This document shows positions 1-8,363 of a stretch of 20,919 bases of DNA, one piece after another. The stretch comes from Thelocarpon superellum. Lineage: Eukaryota. The notes below the pieces were generated by a model that worked only from the letters and a program-made list of their open reading frames with translations, ran no database searches and had not been told where the DNA came from. Made by a program: the position numbers and the translations under genes. The stretch spans positions 62,001 through 82,919 of the forward strand of contig JAPEUG010000028.1 of assembly GCA_026025795.1 (NCBI GenBank), in the 5' to 3' direction. Positions within the stretch are counted from its first letter, which is position 1. The number at the start of each line of letters is the position of its first letter.

Positions 1-35
1 AACACTTCCCGGCGTCTCTTGAAGTAGGTCGCCAT
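1..35 (-). CDS. Possible 5' end of a gene running off the left edge (MATYFKRRREV...)
   Basis: Minus-strand ATG at 35 (context TCC-ATG-G), open to the window edge, with a CGCG-rich block upstream (114-175). Too short to identify. Confidence 0.3.
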   Translation of the reverse strand, partial: MATYFKRRREV

Positions 36-988
36 GGATCCGACGAGCCGTGATCTCCATCGTCTACGTGATATCAAGTTGGACAAATTGATCTTTACGA
101 GATATTTCGTTTACGCGCTCCTCACGTGCACGCGGGCTGCCCCGCGACCATGATGTCGACGCTCGCGAGTCGCGACGCCGGCTCTCAAGCTTCGTGTGCT
201 CTGCAGGCACAGCCTCGATCAAGTCATCAATGGAGCTGTGGTCTAGATTGATCCAGCATTGAGCCTAGTCCAGGCCTGAGGTGTGGCTTGGTCAGAGCAT
301 AATGTGCGACGTGCATGATTCGACCGAACGTATCAGCAATCAATATGCCGCCGTTTGCTTGAGTTCGTTTCGAGGTTCGTTTCCGGTGACCCTTAATACT
401 CGTCGCCTAGATGCTCGTAGTCGTCGGTCCGAGCACTCTCACGACACGAAAGGGAGTCACGGCCTCCCACTCTTCCCTTCACAGCGTCCAGGTGAAGCTT
501 GATCTTGACCGACGATGGCGGTGGTCAACAAGCGACGTATCGCTCTCACATCGGCCTGTCGAGGATTGCCCAGAAGCATCCTCCCTCCGCGCAATTGATG
601 ATCTCGAGCGGGATGCACGGTGCACAATCCACAAAGGCATTACTCCAAGCCCTTCTCAATGCGAACAGACTGTGCGGTAGTCATATCGAGTTGAGACGCC
701 ATCTAGACCCGAAAAGGTGCATCCTCTGCCATGCACAAGCGCAAAGCCTTCACTCTTCTCTTCACACTTCTATTTCTAGACATAGGCCCGACTCGCATGC
801 GGTATAAGATATGACCTGTTCTACTATTATGAAGAGCATCGTTCGTCGCATTTCGTCATTCCCTCGCCAAGCCACTTTTGTCTCTACTTTCTCTTTCGGT
901 GACAGCCCTCAACACTCCAAGCCGGATCTCTCTTCAACCTTTTACCACTACCGTTCCTCGACCACCCCGTTCCTCGACCACCGACACG

Positions 989-1471
989 ATGAAGTTTACC
1001 ATCCTCGCCTCCTTTCTGGCCCTCACTACTTTCGCCACGGCCGATCTCACGTGGAACGTGGAGACGAATTGCAACGCTGGGAGCGACATGTGCACGTTCG
1101 AGCACATGATCGGGCTCTGCGGCAAGGGCCAGACGTGCATGCAGGCGCTGCTGACCAAGCTGCAGAGCATGAACCAGGCACAGAAGTTCGGCCAGAACGA
1201 CAAGATTGCCTGCGTCGGCCGCAACAACCTCGTCGGTGAGCTCTGCATCGTCGGGAGCCATTTCCAGGTCCGCCATGACCACGTCACGGTCAAAGCGGCG
1301 GCAAACATCACGCAGAGCCTGATCGATGCCGCGTGTACCACTTGTGGCTCCGCGACCGTGACGCAGAGCCGTATAGGCCCTGACCCGTCTAACTTGGCGC
1401 GGAATGCTTCGGCTTTCGTCTCGAGGAAGGTTATCTCCGTTGACTATTACGCGGAGATCTTTCACGGGTAG
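989..1471 (+). CDS. Secreted KP4 killer-toxin-like protein, 160 aa, single exon, 8 Cys
   Basis: True ATG at 989 gives signal peptide MKFTILASFLALTTFATA. Motifs TNCNAGSDMC, KFGQNDKIAC, GELC, LIDAACTTCGS and ISVDYY parallel the recalled KP4-family motifs INCRGSxxC, GEHIAC, GGIC, L..HGCxxCGS and LTVNYV, in the same order. Confidence 0.75.
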   Translation: MKFTILASFLALTTFATADLTWNVETNCNAGSDMCTFEHMIGLCGKGQTCMQALLTKLQSMNQAQKFGQNDKIACVGRNNLVGELCIVGSHFQVRHDHVTVKAAANITQSLIDAACTTCGSATVTQSRIGPDPSNLARNASAFVSRKVISVDYYAEIFHG

Positions 1472-1777
1472 AGCAACAGGTCGACAGACGCAATTAGTTC
1501 ACCAGGGATGGAGGGCGCAAGAGAGGGACAGAAAGACGGGAGAGAGGAAAAGAAAGCGTCGTATATGGCGCCCGGTATTCTGGACGAAGTGTTATGGAAG
1601 ATGATTCCGTGAATGACCGACGGAGATGTGATTCAGCCAGGCAGTCAACTCCCGTTTCCTGGTATGGACAGCGGAAGCGGATCTAAGTGGATGTACGACT
1701 CAAGGAGAGAAGCAAGATGACCCAACGCTATGCCGGCTCATCTTCGCAAAGGGGTCCCTCTCCACTCCCTTGCTCTC

Positions 1778-3133
1778 TTATAGCTCAAGAGCCAACTCGC
1801 CCAGTTTCCAATGTGCAGGCTCCCAGATCACGCCCGTGGCGCTGCCACAGCACCCGTACGAAACGTATGATCCGTTGCACGGACACGCCATCTCTTCTCC
1901 GTCCTCATCGACCAGCACGTCCTGCTCGTCCCACCGGAACGACGGATCGTCCAAGTCGGCGTGAGATGGAGGCGGCGTCTTCTGCCTGCGTCGAATCTTG
2001 GGCTTGGTCGAGCCACAGATGCCATGCCACAGCACAGCCGTCGGCGCCTTCCGGTACGCCATGCATGTACATGACGCGCTGGGAGAGCACGTGTCCTTGA
2101 CGCTCGTGCAGCTCGCCTGACATTGTTTGCGCCCGGGAGGACGAAAATGAGGGTGAGCGGCCATGTACCGCGCTCGAGAGCCTTTTCCTCGGTTTCCTCG
2201 TCCCTTTTTCTTGTCCGCGGGCGGTGAGGATGATCCGAAGTCGGAGCTTGGCGGGTTCTGGCCAGCGGAAGGTGGTGGGTTGGGGCTATTTGGACTCGGG
2301 GGCGTCGACGGCGGCGGTGTCGCCGCACTGCTCGTGCTGGAGCTGGTAGCGTTCGCCGCCGCACTCTCTGCTTCATCCTCATCCTCATCCTCATCTCCGG
2401 CCTTCCCTGCCTTACCCTTGTTTCGACTCCGCCCTCCTCTCCATCTTCTTCCCCCCCCCCTTCGAAATCCTTCACATCCCTCCTGCGGCTCCGTCACCGG
2501 CGCACTTGAATTTGTCACCGACGTCGTTGCATCCAACCCCGGGCCTGGCCCCTTGCTGTCAGCCGAACTGGCCGCTCCAGCGCTCGGTTCGAGGGCTTGG
2601 CTCCCCCTTTCCTCGCTATTTCCGGTGCCGCTCTCGCTCTGTGCGTTCTCGCTGGGACCGCCATCTTCCTGGCTCGCTGGATCGTAGGTACCAAAAGTGT
2701 AACAAGTCGAGCCGGAGCTCGATGCTGTGTCGTACCATTGCACGTGGTCTAGCGTGGAAATGCCGGCACTGTCGCTGGAGGAGTTGTCGTCGGATTTTGC
2801 ACAGCTGCAGCTACGGCAGGCATAGGTGTAACTCTTTGGGACGTTGGCCAAATCATCGTGAGTGGGAAACCAGCCATCCCCGTCGCAGTAGAATCCGAGG
2901 TTGATTGGTTTCGGCCCATCGCGGCTGCAGAGCTCTAGGACAGTTCGGTAATCGCTGCTGAAAATGTGCTTGTCCGTCCACGGCGGGCTTTGGGGAAAGG
3001 GCCAAGCGCTGGGAGGCCTGGAAGGGGGAAGATCTCCCGAGCATTTCATGACGCGTTTGCTAGATGTCATCGGTGCCGAGATGATGAGCACCAGAACGCC
3101 GAGAAGACGGTGGAAAGACAGCTGTGCTGCCAT
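1778..3133 (-). CDS. Secreted modular cysteine-rich protein of unknown function, 451 aa
   Basis: ATG at 3133 gives a hydrophobic leader MAAQLSFHRLLGVLVLIISAPMTSS followed by KR. Then an N-terminal 6-Cys domain, a long S/G/P/E/R low-complexity linker, a 6-Cys module, and the terminal module MACPCNGSYVSYGCCGSATGVIWEPAHWKLGEL. The 74 upstream codons of the track ORF look like 5' UTR. Confidence 0.8.
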   Translation of the reverse strand: MAAQLSFHRLLGVLVLIISAPMTSSKRVMKCSGDLPPSRPPSAWPFPQSPPWTDKHIFSSDYRTVLELCSRDGPKPINLGFYCDGDGWFPTHDDLANVPKSYTYACRSCSCAKSDDNSSSDSAGISTLDHVQWYDTASSSGSTCYTFGTYDPASQEDGGPSENAQSESGTGNSEERGSQALEPSAGAASSADSKGPGPGLDATTSVTNSSAPVTEPQEGCEGFRRGGGRRWRGGRSRNKGKAGKAGDEDEDEDEAESAAANATSSSTSSAATPPPSTPPSPNSPNPPPSAGQNPPSSDFGSSSPPADKKKGRGNRGKGSRARYMAAHPHFRPPGRKQCQASCTSVKDTCSPSASCTCMAYRKAPTAVLWHGICGSTKPKIRRRQKTPPPSHADLDDPSFRWDEQDVLVDEDGEEMACPCNGSYVSYGCCGSATGVIWEPAHWKLGELALEL

Positions 3134-3802
3134 CGTGGAGAGGTCAGACGGGGACTGTCTGCTATGTACGTGAAAGAGAAGCGCGACGGGCCATCGCTCG
3201 TGGCGCAGGCAACGCGGACAGGGACGAGGACGAAGACCGGGAAACGCCCTGAGAAGAAGAACAGGAGATGAAGGGGAAGAGACGATGTGTCCCACGGGCA
3301 AAGAAATCGTCCCACGGGCGAAGGGATCCATCATCGTGCGTCTCGGGCACGACATAGTGCATCAACCCATCATTTCGCCGGCCGGCGCTGCTATCGCGCG
3401 ACATAGAACAAAGTTGATGGGGGGAGCAGATATGCCGCCAATCAACTGACGCGGATACCCTCCCGATCCTTCGGTCGCATGGGAGAAAGACTGAGCATCC
3501 CTTCTGTCCTGCCCACGTCCGCATTGGATCGGTGCCAGGGAACGAACGGGGCAGCCAACGATCCAACACGACGCGATGGCACTCGGGCACGTGACCGCCC
3601 CCACGCGCCACGGATGAGTCTCATCCGGTTCGGGAAGGACGTCAAAGCACACCGCTACGGACAGACTCCGGCACATGCATGGCTCACGGAGCACTCATCT
3701 ATGGCGTGGGAAGCCCAGTCAATGCATCATCGGAATGATGTCCTAGGTCGAATACATGAACGACTGTGGCCGTGGTGACGTAAGTTCGGTAGCCACCTTG
3801 AG

Positions 3803-4258
3803 TTACCTGCCCACCGCCTCCCGCTCTTCCGTGCGCGGCAGTCGTCCGTGGACGGGATCAATTCCATCCTCGTCCGCAAGGCCGGCTTGTGTGAGGTCCC
3901 CCCGAGCAGCTTCGTCATCTTGGTCCGCCCGCTCATACGGCTCCGCATACGGCTCCGGATACGGCTCCGGCACCTCAAAAGCCTCGTTGGGATGCGAGCA
4001 CCTTTGCCGAACGCTCGCTCGTGGACGAGCCTCATCCTCATCACCCATGCCGCTCTCAGACTTCTGCAGATTATTGTCATACAGACCGTCTCCCGGATCC
4101 ACAGCCGCATCCAATAGACATGTAGAAGGCATCTTATCGAGTTTCAGTTGGCTGGGGAAGGCCGAGGGCTGGAGAATCCCGCCCGCTTGTCGCTCTGTGG
4201 CTCGAGATACAACTGACCCGGTACGGGGTGGAGCTGGAGTAACTGGGCGGGACGTCAT
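3803..4258 (-). CDS. Hypothetical acidic ORF, 151 aa (possibly a remnant or non-coding)
   Basis: ATG-started open frame with acidic composition and a PEPY repeat. It begins only about 70 nt after the CCA1 stop and has no recognisable domain. Confidence 0.3.
   Translation of the reverse strand: MTSRPVTPAPPRTGSVVSRATERQAGGILQPSAFPSQLKLDKMPSTCLLDAAVDPGDGLYDNNLQKSESGMGDEDEARPRASVRQRCSHPNEAFEVPEPYPEPYAEPYERADQDDEAARGDLTQAGLADEDGIDPVHGRLPRTEEREAVGR
3934..3969. repeat. 12-bp tandem repeat x3 ([C/G]ATACGGCTCCG)
   Basis: Units at 3934-3945, 3946-3957 and 3958-3969; encodes PEPYPEPYAEPY on the minus strand. Confidence 0.9.
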
Positions 4259-4327
4259 TATGCCGTCAACTAGGGCCTCTGGCTATCTCTGGCATGGCGC
4301 ACTTCCTCCGTTGGGCCGATAAGCGGA

Positions 4328-6321
4328 TCAGCCTGTTTGTGCTTGTTGTTGACGCTTCGTCACCTCTTCCACAGCACCTTGAACGTCTTGGACGCCGGGA
4401 TTTCGAAGCTGCCAAGCCATGACCTGCTCCAGGCCTTCCTTCATCCAAGGTCCCGACTTCAAACCGAGGGCCTGGGCCAGCTGCTTCCCGTCCATCAACG
4501 GCTTGAGGGAAGTTACCTCTAGCAAGTCAAGCTTCTTTAGGCGGCCAACGAAGGCCGCATAATCTTCCAGCACCGCTTCTCGTCCTACTCATGTCAGTAC
4601 AGTACGAGACGTGCGGGATCCACAGCCAGATCTTGTAGCCCACTAGTGCTCGTACCTATCGTCTCGGCTGTAGCGTCAACAAAGATGGCGAGAGCGATGT
4701 ACGATCGCCACTGCGGGCCCCATCGGCGCAATGTCATGCCCAGCGTTGCACGATCCGTGAGCTCATCGATCCGTTCCGGCGAAAGGGCAGACCCCTTTGA
4801 GCTCCGTACGATCTCGTCCTTTTGTGTTTGTACCTCGCCGAGGTGCTTAAAGGCACCCTCGATAACGCTACACACTTTGTTGTTGGCCTTGACTCCTTCT
4901 CGCGCCACCGTCACGGCTAACGGGGGCGGCGTCTTGCCACTCGAGGTCGATGGCGTTGGCATCGGCGCTGTGACCCACGGGACCAGGGCCGCCAGCATCC
5001 ATGCCAGATAGGCATCCTCAGGGTGGCGAATGAGGGTGCTGCGAAGTGCCGCGATAGCCCGCGTGCTCGAGGGTGTCGGCTCGCTCGGGTCGCCGCTGCG
5101 GAGCAAGGCGTGGGCGCAGTCATACGCCGACTCCCACGCCGCCGTGCTCGGAGTGTGGGTCAGAGTCCTCGTCGGATCGGTGAAGATGGTGGAATAAAGG
5201 GCAAGTTGGTCGATCCAGGCCAGAGCAGCACGGGGATCCCGACCTTTCAGCATCTTCTCCACTTCGGTGCCGACGCGTTCGCGGCTGATCTTGGCTCGGA
5301 GGGCGCCTTTGATGCGGCCATCGCCCATGGCTGAGGCCGCGCGAGGGTCTATGCTGTAGTTCAGGCGACTGGCAAAACGGATGAGCCGTAGCACCCGCAG
5401 TGGATCGTCTCTGAAAGTTTGGTAGGGTTCCAAGGGGGTGCGCAAGATCCTGGACTCCATGTCATCCAGGCCACGGCCGGTCAAGTCCTCCAGCGACAAG
5501 GTGTTGAGGTTGTAGAAAAGGGCATTGACGGTAGCGTCCCGGCGTAGGGCATCCTCCTCAGGCGTGCCAAACTCCATCTGTGGGTTCCGACTCTCGGTGG
5601 AATAGGTCTCCTTGCGAAGGTTGACCAGGTCAATGTCCAGACCCAGGATCCGGGTGGTCACCGTTTCGAGATGCTTGGACTTCTCCGGGTTGGCTTCGAT
5701 CTTGTGCAGTCCCCCCAGACCGGTCGTGGCGGGGAGACTACCCTCCGATCCAGGCCCGTCAACGTGCTTTCCCGAGCCGATGTGATACTTTTCGGCCACA
5801 CCTGGCTGATTCAGATATTCTTGCATGCGGAGGCCGAATTGGTAGCCAGTCATCTTATTGATGGCCACGTCGATATCCTGACTCGGCACGTTCAGCAGCT
5901 TGTCACGCACCCAGCCTCCCGTGAAACGCAGCTCCACCTTCTCATCCGCCAGTGAGAGTGGAAGCGAGGATGGGAGGTCAGAGGTCGACACGTTGGGCTG
6001 GCCATCGATGTAGGCGGCCACATCCAGCAATAGACGACGAAGGGTGGCCTCGAGTTCCGTAAGCTCCACCTCGGGCGGTGCAGCGACGGTCGCCATGGCC
6101 GACATCTCGATGGACGAAGCCGATGCTCTTTCGTTCTTGGCGCTCAGGTGCGTCTGTTCAAAGCCGCTCCTGTGCCGAGAAAGCCCGGTCGGACACGGCG
6201 GCTGGTGGAGCGAGCGTGCCCCAGGGACGAGGACCAGACGCCTCCAGGGTCGAGCCCGAAGATATTCACGACGCAAGCATGGAGAGAGGCATGCAGATCG
6301 AGAAGCGCGTGAAAGGTTCAT
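4328..6321 (-). CDS. CCA1: CCA-adding tRNA nucleotidyltransferase (class II), about 640 aa; exons 6321-4656, 4584-4328
   Basis: Motifs GGWVRDKLL, DIDVA, EKSKHLET, DLVNLRKETY, EDALRRDATVNALFY, DDPLRVLRLIRFA, KISRERVGTE. A 71-nt intron (GTACGA...CTGAC...TAG, 4655-4585) joins in frame to GREAVLEDY...KPLMDGKQL...GPWM...WQL. Confidence 0.97.
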
Positions 6322-7350
6322 TCACGTCCTTGCTGAGAGTACGGTCACAGTACGTGGAGCTTCCTGACCCTCGCATTGCAGCACCCGACGGTCATGGGAG
6401 TGAAGCCACTTTCTCCCGGGGACACGACCAACTTGGCCGCCGCACCATCGCCTGGCGAATCAATCACACTACAACGGTTACGAGGCTCGATCTGAGAGAG
6501 AGGATCAAGGCCCGGCGAATGGCGGGGTGTGGAGAATCAGGAAGCAATGTAGGCAATCCGTACGTGCAGAAGGTACTCGTACCAGTGCGAAGCTGAGGCC
6601 GAGCTTGGCTGCTTCGGTTCAGGATGTTCGGGACTGGTCACTGCATGACTCTCTCATCACGAGCCCCTCCCAATCATTTTTCAGCCATACCGGATCACCT
6701 CGCCCTCCCCACCAATGTCCCACCACGAGCCATGGCGGACCATGGAGCCGATTTCTAGGGGGCTTCGTATAGAGCCCATCATGCCGACGCCTTGATGCGC
6801 GTAGAAGCTTCGGCCGGTCCCACCCGGGGGATGCCTGACGCCTGAGTCCCTAGTCCTGCGCACGCACCAAGGCATGAACACCGCCTTCTTTCTCTTCCGG
6901 GCCAAGGTGAAATGGGTCCGGGCGACACGAACACCTTGACGTCGACATGTTGCAGCCAGGCGACAGTGCCCAGGCTCTATCCTGGAAGTTTGCATCAGCT
7001 CCGCCACCATCCCAAGGGGCAGTTTTACTGCATGGGTCTGCTGCTATCGCACCCATGAAGTCGTGAACCGACCACCGCTCGTACTCGAGTGCCCGTTGCC
7101 ACCGTCTCCGTGCACCTGATACATATCGTGATCAGGCCTAAGCCCAGGCGCAGTCCCAATCTCTTCGCAGGCGTATAAGGTCATAGCATGCCGCCCGTCA
7201 GGCACGGCGGCTTGCAATCTCTGCACTCGACGCGGCCCACCGCGTTCTTCCTCCATTCGGAGTCTGTTGGATGGTCCACATTCGAGCGGCTGTCCTCTCC
7301 TTGATCTCTCAACTCCTCGATCCCCCTCTATTCCGTGTCTGCTCGCGTAG

Positions 7351-7659
7351 ATGCACTTCCTTCTGCTGCTCGTGTCTCTTCCGTGCCTGCTCCCAGGCGG
7401 GAGTCATGCAGGCCGCTATCAACCTCCCGATCCCGAATGCGGCAATGGGTTCGTCGCCTGCGCCGGCCGCTGCTTTCCCTGGACCGACGCGGGCTTCCAG
7501 ATGTGCGATCAGGCAAACACCAACCTCAGCCAGTGCATGCTCCACGACGGCAACTGGTGCGTCTACGACGAGTGCTGGGAATGCCGCCCTCCCGATGTGA
7601 CGTGCAACAGCACCGAACTCGAGCCATACCCATGTTCCTCTGGGCCGAGGAAGAGCTGA
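7351..7659 (+). CDS. Small secreted cysteine-rich protein, 102 aa (effector or antimicrobial candidate)
   Basis: Signal peptide MHFLLLLVSLPCLLPGGSHA; 10 Cys in the roughly 82-aa mature part; N-glycosylation sequons NLS and NST. Confidence 0.75.
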   Translation: MHFLLLLVSLPCLLPGGSHAGRYQPPDPECGNGFVACAGRCFPWTDAGFQMCDQANTNLSQCMLHDGNWCVYDECWECRPPDVTCNSTELEPYPCSSGPRKS

Positions 7660-7673
7660 AGAGCTGAAGAGCT
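7650..7673 (+). repeat. 8-bp tandem repeat x3 (GAAGAGCT) spanning the stop codon
   Basis: Units at 7650-7657, 7658-7665 and 7666-7673; the TGA at 7657-7659 is formed at the first unit junction. Confidence 0.9.
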
Positions 7674-8363
7674 TGCGCTGGTGCCAGCGCAAGCAGAAAC
7701 CCTGAGGTCAGGTCCGCCAACGACCCGGAGGACATCCGGCACGCCACCAACACCACAAATCAGAGACTGGTGAACTATCTCTTGACCGGAGACGTCGCGA
7801 ACATTCGCTGCAGCACTCGGGCTCTACGTCAATGAATATGACTTTGCAATGCTACTACGTGAACCGATTGGTAGAAGGAATCACTGGCGCCGGGTCGAGG
7901 ATCATCCGTTGTTCGGTTAGTCGTGGAGTTGCCGCAGATCACTTTCAATTAGTCGTGTAGCACACAACAATTCGAAGTCATACCCAGTGTTTCCGCTGAT
8001 CATACCACTCTCGTTAGAGGAGGGCAGAAGGGCGTGGTGCGAATAGGTGGAGATGACGAAAGATTAGCTTTCGGTTTCATTGGTTCATTGGCCCATCGGT
8101 TCAATCATATGACAAAGTCGAATGCCGTAACTCGTAGGGGCCAGGTAGAAGCTCGATCGTCCGCCCACACGACAACCATCGGCTTGGAGACGATCCGACA
8201 GTACGGGAGCTCTCCCAGCGACCTCACCTTGATCTCCCGGGGGCGTCTCCAGCCACCATCTCTGAGGAGCCAGTTGAGCTCCGAGGTGTCATCCGTCACC
8301 CCCCACCCCCCTCCCCCCTCGTCCTACTAGGATAGTTTCCACCACCCGCTGAGGTTGGCGTTC

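Noticed and set aside
281..807. Three overlapping short plus-strand ORFs
   Set aside because: No recognisable motifs, mostly non-ATG starts; likely promoter/intergenic sequence.
1828..2687. Alternate-frame and antisense ORFs over the secreted modular gene
   Set aside because: Shadows of low-complexity GC-rich coding sequence; the main frame is uninterrupted.
3134..3355. N-terminal 74 codons of the 525-aa track ORF
   Set aside because: Pyrimidine-rich, UTR-like; the signal peptide starts at ATG 3133.
6681..7256. Minus-strand ORFs 7044-7256, 6850-7056 and 6681-7010 as a spliced or broken gene
   Set aside because: No convincing splice sites joining them, no signal peptide and no known motif.
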